Origin: Camelus dromedarius | Lineage: Eukaryota | Reading direction: 5' to 3' | Length of the DNA stretch: 64,000 nucleotides | Assembly (NCBI RefSeq): GCF_036321535.1 | Contig: NC_087437.1 | Location: 34,970,001-35,034,000 of the forward strand | Shown: positions 1 through 12,649 of the stretch, in pieces | How positions within the stretch are numbered: position 1 is the first letter of the stretch | Layout of the letters: each line of letters starts with the position of its first letter | Translations under genes and position numbers: made by a program | The notes under the pieces: model-generated | What the model was told of the DNA's origin: nothing | What the model saw: only the letters and a program-made list of their open reading frames with translations | Databases searched by the model: none

Positions 1-39
1 AAGTTGTTTTATTTTTGTTTGTTTGTTTGTTTTTTTGCC

Positions 40-740
40 TTAAAGAATGATCTGCAGTTCAGGGGAGCCAAATAGCTCCAAGTGAAGAGGAAAAGCTCTT
101 CTTTATAGAAAAATGTTAATTATAAATGTAGATAGAATGACAGAATGAGAAAACCATCATTTTGCAAACTCTCATGAAATCATCAATTCAGGCAATGACT
201 ATCAATCAGTGTTTTAACCAGCAAGCAAAAGACTGACAGAGAATCAGACATCTGTATAGTACCAAAGATAACTTTTTACTTGTAAGGACTGAAAAAAAAA
301 AAAATTTACACCGGAGGAATCAGAGTGCTATCACTCTCACCCAGTCATCAATCTCAGTATTATAAATAATGGAACAAATGCACTTCTAATGAGAAACGTG
401 TCTCCTAATGAAATACAATGTGAAGTGTGCATCTTAGCCAAAATGTTTAACTGGAATCTAATCATGTTTTACATGACACATAGAAAACAGAAGAACAAGC
501 TAAGGAACTCCACAGGGAAACACTCAAACCCAAGAGGTGGGGTGTTCTGTGGGACAACCATCATGGTGTCTGCAACTAGTCAACCCCATGAAACATGGAT
601 GGTTCTAGATTAAAAGAGATTAAGGGACACACACAACTGCAGCGTAGGATCCCAAACTGAATCCTGGAGAAAACTAAAGACAATCTAGACATTAGGACAT
701 GCGAAAGGATTATTCATTTTGTTACGTGTGATAACATTAA
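40..740 (+). mobile_element. Old L1 (L1MC/L1MD-like) 3' UTR fragment
   Basis: Motif 'aaagctcttctttatagaaaaatg...atagaatgacagaatgagaaaaccatcattttgcaa' is typical of L1MC-class 3' UTRs; diverged relatives occur at ~22.5 kb and ~24.5 kb. Confidence 0.65.
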
Positions 741-754
741 CTGAAAATATTCCT

Positions 755-1150
755 GGGTAAATCAGTGTGGAATATCCATGCAATGGAATGCTACTTAGCT
801 ATAAAAAGAAACAAAGTACTGATACAGGTTATAACAAATATCATTTAAGAATTCAGAACATGGATGAACCTAAAAAACATGCTAAGTAAAAGGAGCCCAA
901 CACAAAAGACCACATATTGTATGAAATGTTGAGGAAAGGCAAATCTATAGGCAGTAGGTTGATTACCTACCTGCAGCTGGGATCAGTGACTGCAAATGGA
1001 CAGAAAGGATCTTTTTGGGGTGATGGAAATATTTTAAAATCTGACTGTGGTAATAGTTGTAGATCTCTGTAAATTTAGTAAAAAATCACTGAATTGTACA
1101 ATTAAAATAATTTTACGCTATGTAGGTCATACCTCAATAAAGCTGTTAAA
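755..1150 (+). mobile_element. L1MB/ME-like 3' end
   Basis: 'atggaatgctacttagctataaaaagaaac...acatggatgaacct...aaagaccacatattgtatga...acctcaataaagctgttaaaa', a canonical L1M 3' terminus. Confidence 0.8.
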
Positions 1151-1279
1151 AGTTTTGTAATTTTTAAAAAACTTTCTTATTTTTAAGAGTCATACACTGA
1201 TATATATATAGGAATAGTATGTCAAGATATCTGTGTTTACTTTAAAATTTTTCAGTAATAAAAACTAAAGAGAGTTAAG

Positions 1280-1930
1280 AAAAGAAAAGAACTCCCTCTC
1301 TCGTACATTTCTGGTGGAGTGAAAAATGGCAACACCTTGAGGAGGGCTATCTGGAAAAACAGTACTTACACAAATTACAAATACATTTATTCTTTTATCA
1401 GTAATTTTGTTCCTGAAATTTATTTCAGACATAGCTGAGTATGTACAGAATGATATCTGTATATAAGGTTATTGGCTGCAAATTGTTTCTATTAGCAAAT
1501 AATTAGAAATAAACCAAGGGATCACAATGAGGGATTCCTCAGATAAATCAAGATACCACCACCCCATGGAAAAGTACACAGCTATTAAAAAAAATAATAA
1601 GGATGTTCTCTAAGTACTGACATGGAAATACTTCTAGAAAATATCAAGTGAAGATATAAGATACTGAACAATGTTTATAATATGTTAACTCTTATCTTAG
1701 AAAGGAAGAAGAAATGGAGCCAGTATTTGTATGTGCATAAGAAAAACAATGGAAAGGCACACATGCCGCGGACAGAGAGGAATGGGGTGGACAAGAAAAA
1801 AGGTGAGAGCATTCCTGTTTATATCAGTTTGTTATACTATTTAACATTACTTTGTTATATTATTTTGTTATGTATGTAATATTTTTATATTATTTTGATT
1901 CTTAAGGTACTTGAATACATTAAAAGTTAA
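1280..1930 (+). mobile_element. Degenerate L1ME fragment
   Basis: Remnants of L1 ORF2 end/3' UTR motifs ('ctggtggagtgaaaaatggcaacaccttg', 'aattagaaataaaccaa'). Confidence 0.55.
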
Positions 1931-2074
1931 AATAATGAAAATAAAAATTTTCCCTTCCTATTTAAAAAAAAGTGCTACTTATAAAAATGCACTAGATATA
2001 AATAAAACAATCTTTACAGAAAATCAAATTAATTAAAAAGTAGAATTACTTTATATATTTTTTGGATCCATGTG

Positions 2075-2360
2075 GTTTTTTTTAACTGGCATATAATTTA
2101 TATACAGTAAAATTCATCCTTTTTACTGTACTGTTCTGTAAGTTTTGACACTCATGTAACCACCAGCACAATCAAGATACGATACAGCTCCAACACAACA
2201 AAAATTCTACTAGTGTCCCTTTGTAATCAATCCTCCCTCCAACCCCCAGGCAACCACTGATGTTTTTCATCCCTGTAGTCTTGCCTTTACCAGAAGGTCA
2301 CATAAATGGAATGATTTGGCATGCAGACTTTTTAGTCTGTCTTTTTTCATCAGCGTAACA
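2075..2360 (-). mobile_element. L1M 3' end, antisense
   Basis: 'atataatttatatacagtaaaattcatcctttt...gtaaccaccagcacaatcaagatac...ggcaaccactgat' is the reverse complement of an L1MB/ME 3' end. Confidence 0.7.
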
Positions 2361-2499
2361 ATATATTTTTTAAAAAAGACTGAAAATAAATGACCTGAAT
2401 ACAAGAAGTAAAAAAAAAAATTCTAATGTTATTACTAAGAAAATAAAAGGAATAAAAATAAAACAAAATAAAGAAACACAAAAAGCCAATAAAGATTAT

Positions 2500-4500
2500 T
2501 AAAAAAACATTAGGGATAGAAGGGAAGTTCCTTAACCTGTTGAAGAAACCAAACTTAATGATGAAACTTTAGAAACATTTCCAATGAAGCCAGGAAAGAC
2601 AAGGATGTGTGCTATCAGCTCTACTATTCAGTACTGTTCTAGAAAGCCTTACCACCCACTGAACTAGAGGAGGAAATAATGTAAAAATTGTAAAGGAAGA
2701 GGGAAAAACTGCCATTATTTTCATACTATATAATCATCTACACAGAAAACTCAAGGGGAAAAAGACAACATATAAGAAATAATAGGTTTACCAAGAAGCT
2801 GAATATGAGCTCACATACAAATCAGAAACCTTAAAAAAAAAAAATCTAATAGGAAAAACACAATAGCAACAAAAACTACAGCGTCAAATAAAGCTAACAA
2901 AAGATGTGCAGGACCCTGATGTAGAAAACTAAAAAACTTCTCTGAAGAATGTAAAAAAAAGTAGTAATGTGTTTGGGGATGAGAAAATTCCAATGTAAGA
3001 TTCCACTTCCCCACATTAATCAATAAATTCATAGGATTATGAAAGGAACTTAATGATCTAGGAATATCCAACACGATTTTGAAAACAAAGAATGAAGCTG
3101 GGGTTGGGTTGGGGTGAGCTGGGTGTTATCAAAGTATTTCAGAGCTACACTAATTAAAACAGCATAATGGAACACCAGATTCAACAGCTGGATAGCACGA
3201 CCAGAAACAGACTCAGTGGTCCACAGGGACTTGAAAAATGGCCAAAGTGGCTCCACAAACCAATGGGGAAAAGATTCAATAAACTGTTTCAGAATAAATG
3301 TGGAAAAAGTAAAATTATATTCATATTTATTTCCAAAATAAAATACCAGGTAGATGAAAGAATTAAATGTAAAAAAAAGCAAAACTAATATCCTAGGAAA
3401 ATAAAGCAGATATATTTGTGATCTTTGCGAGGGGAAAGTCTTTGCAAACCAGTCATAAAAAGTATATTCCATGAGGAGAGGAGAAATAGACTGGGTCAAA
3501 ACAAAATATGAAACTACTTACAGGGCAAGACACCACAAACACAGTTAAAAGATGAGTCACAGACTCAGAGAAGTTATTGACAACAAATAAAACAAAGGAC
3601 TGGCATACAGAGTCCCTTCTGGATATATGTATTTGTTATATAATATATTCACAAGAATCTGCTATCATTGTTTTCTGTTTGTGTAAAGTTTATATAAAAC
3701 TTACAAATCAAAAGGAAAATGAGTGGCATATGAACAGGTTTACGGAAGAGGAAATAAGAATGGCCAACAGATATGAAAAGAGGGTCAATCTCTATAGCAA
3801 TCAGGGAAATACAAGTTAAAATCGGATACCAGATTTTTAACCCACTGGACAACATTGAAGTTTAATACTCATCAACTACTAGAGTAACTGCTCTTTGTAA
3901 GACACTGTGGGTAGAAGTACAAACTGTGACAGCACCCCGGGTAAGCAATATGGCTGCATCTAGCAAAATTGAACACCAGCCATTCCCCTCCTGGGAACAC
4001 ACCCTAGAAAAACACACGTGGAGACAGGTACAGGCATGCTCCTTAGGGGGCTACAAAAGCAGGAAATTTGAGGCAACCTAAACGTGCATCCACAAGATAG
4101 TAGACAAATAAAACTTGGTCTGCCTTCCTATGGAATCCCATGAGACAGTTAAAATGAACTGATGTAGTGTATCAATTGGAACAGTTCTCAAAAATAAAAT
4201 GTTGAGTAAAGAATACAAGTTGAATGATTATACATATATGATACCATTTACACAAGCAGTTTTAAACCACACACAAGAAGCAGCCTTCAGAAACAGCTAA
4301 GCACATGAAGCTGGTTTTGGAAGGGACTGCAGGAGTACCTGCCGCGCTAAGCAGTGCAGGCATCGCTGTGAAAGAATGAAGCGTGGTGAGAAGGGGAAAA
4401 AACGGATCAGACACAAACACTAAAATATTAGCAGTTGTTAATTCAGGGTGATAGAAGTACACAGGCCTCTAATATTCATAGTTTTCTTTGTATTTTAAAT
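2500..4500 (+). mobile_element. Highly decayed L1ME ORF2/3' UTR
   Basis: A-rich; ORF2 remnants such as 'gaaagacaaggatgtgtgctatc' and 'tttacggaagaggaaataagaatggccaacagatatgaaaag' (FTEEEIRMANRYEKR). Confidence 0.7.
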
Positions 4501-5619
4501 TTATCAAAACTGGGGGAAAAAAGATAATGAAAATACCTGGGTATCAGTGTTAGACGGCCCACCCTAAATCCTGGCTGCAACACTGACTGGTTGTGTGTGT
4601 GAGATTCATGTGGAAAACACGAATTAACCAGTCAGCACAGGGGCACTCAGGAGTTTCTCAAGTTAAACGACATTCAGGCATGTACACACACTATGATGTC
4701 ACAGAAATCAAGCTGGCCTGGTCTGAGACCTGGGATTGGCTCATTTGCTGACAGTGGGTGCACCGGCCTCCTGAGGGGAGGGACAGACAGAAAAACCTAA
4801 AACATCAGTGAACAGAAAAATATAAAAAGGCCCAACAGGGAAGTACACTATTACCTTTTTTACTGACTTCTTAAATAATAATGTCCCGTATCACTGTCAA
4901 GAAACAAATTATATTTATAGTTTAAAAATCATTTCCATTTTATAAAAAATAAGCTTGTGATTATATTAACTGCACATGCATTCACCAACTAGATTCTAAA
5001 TACTTTACCTTAAGCAAACGATCTTCTCTATCTCACAAAGCTAGCACAATGCTGGGTGCACAGCAGGCCACCAGTAATTACTTGTTGATTTGGTGGTTGA
5101 TCTACAACAGCTGAAGAAATATTTCAAATAATAGGAATGCAAAAAAACCTCCAGAGACAAAACAGTCGTCAGCTCCCAGATTATTAAGTGTGCAAACACT
5201 TTAACCATCAAATGAAACCACCACCCTCAGAGAAGGAACTCAGTTAATAAGCACAGAACTTCATGCAGCCAAAGTGGCTGCATCTGTGACTTATCTATGG
5301 GTGTTACAGAACCCTATCAGGGCTGTGGACAGAAAAACTGGAAATCATTCAAATAAACTATTACTTTTTTAATGGAGCACTTCTCAGAGTTTTCAAATGT
5401 TAATATATATTCTGAGAAGAGGCTGTATTATGCAATGTTTCTCAAATTTATCTGAACAAAGGAACTATTTTAAATTTCAGAGCTTCTAGCAGGACTAGAA
5501 TTCCATACTTTGGGAAATTCTGTCCTAGAACATCTGTATAGTCACTGAATTGAGAAACTATTCAGGCACTGATAGGCACTCACTCATGTCATCTTCAAGA
5601 GAGCCCATAAACTAGGGCA

Positions 5620-5770
5620 CTTTTAAAACCTTTACTGTTCACATTTAACAAGTGAGGAAAGTAAGGCTTAGGGAAAGTCAATAACTTGCCCAAAGTCCCC
5701 AGCTTGTAACTGGTAGAGACAAAATCAAACAGGACTTCAAACCTCATGTTCTTGGCCACTGCCCTTCCTA
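5620..5770 (-). mobile_element. MIR SINE
   Basis: 'catttaacaagtgaggaaagtaaggcttaggg...aataacttgcccaaagtc' is the reverse complement of the MIR core. Confidence 0.7.
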
Positions 5771-7029
5771 TCCTAGGGAGTCTGCTGCAGCCCTCTTGAC
5801 CATAACTGCTCTGGGTGGGTTTTAACTTCTCGCAAACATTGAACCTTGAGAAACAGTAAGGCGGCATCACGGCCTTCCCGTCTTCACACAGAACGACTCA
5901 AGACTCCCACTCTCAAACCCTGAAATATGAGTAATTAGCAAAAGCAATAAATAATAACAAATAATTCATGCAGATATAGACCTTTTTATTTTGCATCAAA
6001 AACATGCTGGGCATGAGGAAATAAATTGGAGGGGGGTGGTTTCCAGATAGGCGAAAGAATCAGTTCAAATGCAAGGATGCTGGAGAAACAGAACAGAGAG
6101 TTAGTGCAACTGTCTGTTTACCATGATTTTAGCAACAGCCCCTGTCTGGTCCTGGCACTGCAGTAAGCACTTTTGGAGACCTGCTCCTTAGTCAAGGTCT
6201 CACATCCAGCAGGGCAGGGCTGGGAATCCAGGTGTTCACACGCTCTCAGTGGGCTCTATAACTGCTGCACTGCACGGCATCCTTCCTAATTTGTTTTTAC
6301 CTTTCGTACTTTCTTCCATGTAGTACAGCACCTCTGACTTTCCTCAGGGATGAAGAGTTGACAAAGCTAAACCAGACACTTTAAAAAAAATTTCTAAATG
6401 CAAATACTATTCAATCACCAAGCAAATCATGTTCAGCTCTTTCTAATTCTCACCCAGTCAGTTTTCAACCTGACTTCTCTTCCAAGTAAACTTCAGAAAT
6501 GGAAGAATTGCTGAGGGGAATAATGTTAGTGAACTTATATTCCAGAGAAAGTTTCTGAGCTCCTGCAAACATCAGTGAACACTCAGACACAGAAGCAGTG
6601 ACCATCAGGAACCAGCAGAAAACCACTAAGAACATTTCATCTGATTAACCCCATCCCCATTTTCAAAAGCATTCCTCAATCAGAAGATCAAGGAAAGCTT
6701 TTGATAACACATAACAATTGAGCATCTCTTAAGAGGGCAGGGCAATGAAAGGTCCTTCTGAACAAAATGGAAAAACCTGAGTCCAGCGGCAGTGCCTAGA
6801 TGGCTCACAAGCAGCTGATCCACCTTGGCCAGTAGATTTTTTTCACACATCTCGAGGGCTCGTGCTGGACTGTGACTGTGTATCACCAAAACAGCCACAG
6901 ACCTGCCCTCCCGCTTAGGTTCTAAAGCTGGTAGAGCATCTTCATCAACCTGGGGGAAAATCTTTAGGGTCTAATCACAGGCCCATCTTTAGCCTTTTCC
7001 TGTTTGATTTTCTTATCAAAGACAAATGA

Positions 7030-8020
7030 ATGTGGGCTTATTCAATTTTGTAGACAAGAGAAAATAGAAAATTCATTAGAAGATATAATTACAACCTAAA
7101 AAGCTTTCAACAGGTTAGAATAAACAGATGGGAACAAATTTATTGTCCTATATCAGAGTTTCCAAAACCAACTGCACAAGAGAGGATGGGAGATCTAAAT
7201 TTAAGAGGACCTAAAGGTTTTAGCTGAGTATGAGTTCAATATAAAGAAAGGTGGTGATGTAAAGGAATAACTGGAGAGTCAGGAGACAAGGATTCTAGTT
7301 CTAACAGCTGCAGGAGAGGGCAAGTTACTAAATTTGGGGAGTTGCTTTTCTCATCAGAACCTTTAAGAGACTGGGCCAGGTTACCCCTCAGGTCCCATCT
7401 AGGTCCATCAGAACAGAGACAGTGTTCATTTCTGCACATTGCTGTACCCAGCACAGTGTCTTGCACACAGAAAGAACCCCCAAGTACCTATAAGCAAATG
7501 ACAGTGCTAACAGAAATTCTACAAGTTAATACCATAATGTGTCCTTCTCCCCCAATACACATACAGTGAAAACCCTAATACACTCTTGGGCTCAAGAAAT
7601 AGAAAAAATGTCTGGGCAAAAGGGGTTATAATCCCACAGCCACAGATATGTTCCATTTTAAAAGGACCATCAACAAGTTACATTTAGTTCAGAGGAGGGT
7701 TAATCACTTCACATTAAGACTGGATGAAGTAGTAGCTGAAGGAGCTGAGGAATGTTCTATTCTGGGGAAAACAAAAGTTTAGAAGGATATGGTAGACGCT
7801 TTCGGGTATTTTGAACAATATGTCAACTCCAGAAGGCAAGTGGAAGCCCAAAGATAAAAGCCAGTGGGATGGGTAAGTATAGATTTCTAGAATGGGCTGA
7901 TCCTCACTGGCAGAAATCTTCAGGCGGTGGTAGGAATGTTACAAAGGTTAATTCTTTACTGAGCTTTAAGTTATTTTAAGTAACTTCTGAGGTCCTTTCC
8001 AACGCCCAGATTCCATGACT
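7030..8020 (+). mobile_element. L3/CR1 LINE 3' portion, interrupted by MIR/L2-like pieces (~7250-7520)
   Basis: CR1-like 'ccaactgcacaagagaggatggg', 'agttcagaggaggg...gaaggagctgaggaatgttc' and 3' end 'gaggtcctttccaacgcccagattccatgact'. Confidence 0.6.
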
Positions 8021-8431
8021 TTGTTATTCAGGTTTCAAATGCAGTATATAGAAAAGGTTTCATTTTGCGTAAAATTTTTAAATGGTTTCAAAGAATGAAT
8101 CTGAAGTACTGAATTTAAGAAAAAGCCCCACTTGAAGCATAACTTCTGTGATTGTTATACAATTTTAAGTAAACAGTGAGTACCAATACCTAACACTCCA
8201 CTGTTACTCATCCATCCTGCAACCGGATCCCCTGCTGGTTGCTGCAGTATCACCTTCCGATACTCAGAGACAAAGGGGAGAATGTCTTTCATTCTAGACT
8301 CATTAAATTAGAAGCCTCCTGCCTCTTGTTTGTTGAGGCAGAAGACACCTGGGTTTTTAAAAATGTATTTTAAAAAGACATATTATATACTATTTGTAAA
8401 CAAAGTACTTTATTGTAGGACTATCTGGGAA

Positions 8432-8745
8432 CACAGTGTTCCATAACCATAGGCTCCATTAATTTTGGATCAAAAATATTTGAAAGAAATTCCAGAAAGT
8501 TCCAAAAAGCAAAACTTGAATTTGCCATGTGCTTGGGCAACTATTTACATATCATTTACATTGTATTTACAAAGATTTACATTACATTAGGTATTATAAG
8601 TAATCTAGAGATGATTTAAAGTATAGGGGAAGATGTACGTGGGTTATATGCAAATATAGCCATCTTATATAAGGGATTTGACACGGATTTTGATATCGAA
8701 GGGCATCCTGGAACAAATCCCCTGTGGATACTGAGGACAACTATA
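8432..8745. mobile_element. MER2-type Tigger (TcMar) non-autonomous DNA transposon
   Basis: 'aaagcaaaacttgaatttgcc...aggtattataagtaatctagagatgatttaaagtata...cctggaacaaatcccctgtggatactgaggacaacta'. Confidence 0.85.
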
Positions 8746-10045
8746 TTTTATAGATTTCTGGGGTTGTGGTGTGTAGAATCCTTAGGCTGAGAAAGATGAG
8801 GAGCAGCCAATAATAGTAAGACCTGACCAAAAAAATTTAGTTGCAATTTCCTTTTTGTTTCTGCCTTATATGTACTTGTATCCAACAACAACAAAAAATA
8901 CACTCTAATTTGCAATACGTGTTAGAATTTTAAGCAGGGTTTATCTTTTTAAGGGAAAGTGGACTTTGGGGCTTAAGTCTGCATCACTTCTACAGCAATA
9001 TACAAAGCACATCTCACCATCTGGTAAAACAGGTGGCACCATCCCATTTTTCAGAGGCCTGTGCAGCCCAGATGCAGGTAGGCCCAGAACACAAACTCAG
9101 GCTCAAGTCCAAACACTGTGCTCCTTCTCCAGAGCATGATGCCTGCAGAAGAGCCCAGCCTCATACCTGATCCCACAGCCTCTTGAGATTCCTGGGCAGG
9201 GAGCAAAGAGTACAGCAAAAGTGAACGCGCCTCTGCCCTCAGTGGCGGGCAGTCTGAGGGAAGAGGCAACAGGAGGACTGGGTCCAGAGAAGCCAGGGAA
9301 ACTGGAGCAAAGATCATACAAGTAAGGCAGAACAGCACCAAGGCTGACTTGAAAGCTGGCCTGCCTATCTCTGTTTTGTTACTAACACCTTTACTCATTG
9401 GAGGAAAAGGACAGGGCGAGCTGCTCTACTTAACATTTCTTTCCATTGTTGCCCTAGGTTAGGAATATTACAGATCTTTGTCAGTCTTGTCTGTCACCTC
9501 TTCCCTTGCTCTTAGTCATCTGAGTACACTGCATTCATTCATTCATTCAATCTGCCAGACCTGAGTTAGAGGCTGTGTTGCCTGACCCTCAAGTTGCAGA
9601 CATAATGCAGAGCATGGAGGAAGGTTCAAGACTCCAACTTGCAGACAACATTATGAGCAAAACCCACCTGGAGAAGATTGAGGGAGACAGCTTAGCTCAT
9701 ATGTCTCCAAACTTGTGGTCAGCATCTATGGCAGGGAGCTGAGTTTGCATTCTCAGAATGTGTGGATGCATAAAAAGGGCAAAATTATACAACTTATATC
9801 AGTTTAGACAATGAAACTATTTAATACTGAGATAAGAGTTGATCAGAATTTTTTCTCCTAGAAAGTGGGTAACTCCATCACTGAAAACAAAATCTGTTAC
9901 CAAAATAGTAGCCAAATACAGCTCCAGATAAAAGACATGGTTGTAGTATGTGGTTGCAGCTTTGTGAAATGTCTAATGGAAGTAGTGCTTCTTTAATTCT
10001 AACTTAAGAGACTACTCAAAGTGCACTGCTTGGGAGGTTCTAGTC

Positions 10046-10262
10046 CAGGAGTGGGCAAATGTTCTTTTTTCTTTTTTTAATAAAATGCCAGATGGCAAAT
10101 ATGTTTCCTGTGGGCCATATGGTCTCTGTCCCAGATACTTGATTCTGCCTCTGTAGTGAAAATGGAGCCACAGACATTATTAAACATATAAGTGTGGCTG
10201 TGCTCCAATAAAATTATTTTCAAAACAGGCTGCTGGTCTGGAAGTATTTCTTCTAGCCCCAT
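10046..10262. mobile_element. MER58A-like hAT-Charlie MITE
   Basis: 'caggagtgggcaaa...tgtgggccatatggtctctgtc...gtggctgtgctccaataaaattattt'. Confidence 0.75.
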
Positions 10263-11649
10263 TATCTTAGAATAGCACTAAAACCTCTTAAGATCTCTCT
10301 TCTTTAAGTTTCCTCATTACCCCCAAAGGCCACAGGACAGAAAGGAGATCCTAGTGCTGGAAACATGTTTCCCCCATGAAATGGTTCCTGGAGGGAGCAG
10401 GGCTGAGAAGTGTTAACTTAGGCTGTGGATGCTGTAAAGGGACAATAAGAGGCCTTCGCCTCCTGGCTAGCTACTTGGGTCAGGGTCAGACCCACAGAGT
10501 ATGGGCAACAGAATCTACTCTAGTTTTCTGGGTTTTATTCCTTAATTGCTCAGAGTTTCAAGGGGTGCAAGTTATCTCCCAGGCCAACTCTTCAATCCTG
10601 CAGCCTCTTGGGGCCCCACTCTACAGATTGTTCTGTGGCTTCATCTCCCCGTCATCAAGACGTGCCCTCTGCAAATCCCTCTAGCTCATACCCTCACCTT
10701 CCCTTCTCTAATTCACAATGTGCCAAGGGCTCTGGCGCCTAAAACAAACCAGTATGTATAATATGCAACTTTTTACTGAAACAAAATCATCGTTCATGGT
10801 CCCCAGAGATATTTTGCCAAAGAGACTGCTGTTAAATGAACTGCAACTTTGGAACTTATCTATGGTGCCAGGTCACTTAAGAGCATCTTGTCTGACCCCC
10901 AGTTTTGACCTCATTCATGAAGCTGTACAGTGTGGTTACCTACCACACAGTGAGCAGGGATGAGCAATGACAGCTATTAGAGCTGCAACAGAAAAGCATA
11001 TCTGGCCTGGACATTATATAGCTGTGAAAGGGATAAAGGTGTTTCCTAAAATGGGACTCTACCTGTATCATCCAATGGTGGACAGAACAGAGCTGGAGAC
11101 TGGTCTCAGAGACAAGGCAAATCATTGGACGGGGAGGGAAAAGACAGAAAAATATCAACTAGTGTATTTTCTTAGGGATAAAGAGAGTTACATTGAGTCT
11201 GATTTTGAGTTGAAGATGACCAAAGTTTAGCTAAGTTTTCCTGAGATACCATGGTATTTTAATAATGATACAATTTATATATATTAGTATCCAAATATAT
11301 GTTATCCAAAATGGTTTAGTTGAGCTTAACCCTTGCAACTCCTCAAATCCTTTGGGGGAAAGAAATATACTAGAATATATAACAAAATTTGTAGCTGCAT
11401 AAATGATCCTTAAAATCTTGTAAAGGACACCATCATGGTCAATTTTAACCAATAAGGATAATTTCTCAATTAAAATGAGATGAACCTACCTGTAGAATTT
11501 CAGGTGAGACTAAAGCACTAGCTGAAGTTTTTTGTTTTCCATATTCCATGTTTTAATTAAAAAGATGTGCTGTGAACTACTGAACAGAAGAACAGAAAAG
11601 AATGTACCTGGGTCGTAACAACAACATGACACCAAAATCAACCTTCTAT

Positions 11650-11755
11650 GAATGTATGTATGTATATGCATGACTGGGACATTGTGCTGTGCACCAGAAA
11701 TTGACACATTGTAACTGACTATACTTCAACTAAAAAAAAAAAAGAAAAAATAAAT
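11650..11755 (+). mobile_element. Extremely 5'-truncated young L1 (camelid-type 3' end plus A tail)
   Basis: 'gcatgactgggacattgtgctgtgcaccagaaattgacacattgtaactgactatacttcaa' followed by an A tail; flanks AAAATCAACCTTCTAT (11634-11649) and AAAACCAACATTCTAT (11756-11771) form a 16-bp TSD with 2 mismatches. Confidence 0.85.
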
Positions 11756-12649
11756 AAAACCAACATTCTATATCTAGCAAGCTGCTAGAGGAGCAAATCA
11801 TTATGTATCAACATTCTTTTCATTTTCAGAAAAGCTTTGATCCTCACTTCTTCCTCCTTACTCTCAAATCACTTCATATATCTAACATGTAATTTTATTT
11901 GGCCACTGCTTTATTTTCTGGGTTGGAATTACCCATTGACCATTCATTTGAATGAAACTTCTAGTCTAGGAGAAAGAAAATGTCTTAGATTCTTATCTCG
12001 AAACGTAAACAGTTCCCTTCCCTACACTGATGCAGGTTCAAAGTGTGCTTTTATCAAGCATCAACACATTCTGACAGCACAAAATCAGCTCCCCTACTTC
12101 TAAGCCGCCTGCGGAAAGCTAAAACACAAAGTTGCTTCCAGCTGAAGACTGCAAACTCAAATCTTCCTTATCTCGGAAAGCAGGGGGAAAAAAATAAAAG
12201 ACATGGTTTGGTTAACCTGTTCCTTGTTAGTAGCTCTACCTGACAAAGCAGCCACCTCCTAAACGCTGGTACTCTGTGCAAAGTACACAGAAAAAATCTG
12301 CTTTGCGAATCTCCCTCCTAGAACAGCAGTGGGGAGTGGAAGAGAAGGAATACGAATGCTACTCGTGCTTGCTGCTGGCATCATTCCTTACCGCTTGGAA
12401 AAGTGAGACTCCATTGCACCTTAAAGATTTCTTTCAAAATGCCTTGTATGTTCGTTAAGATTGCCTCTTATAAACCATGTTGCTCTAGACCCTTGGGGTT
12501 TCCTCCTCTCCCTGCCCAATTCGCCCATTCTCCTCCTTAGGTCCGTATTCCTCCCAATCCCTCCCCAGGAGGAAGCAGCCTCCCACAATTCAGCTCCCAG
12601 GCCCTTCCCCAGCGCCTTGGGAATGCGTTCTCTCCGGGCCTGCTGGGCA

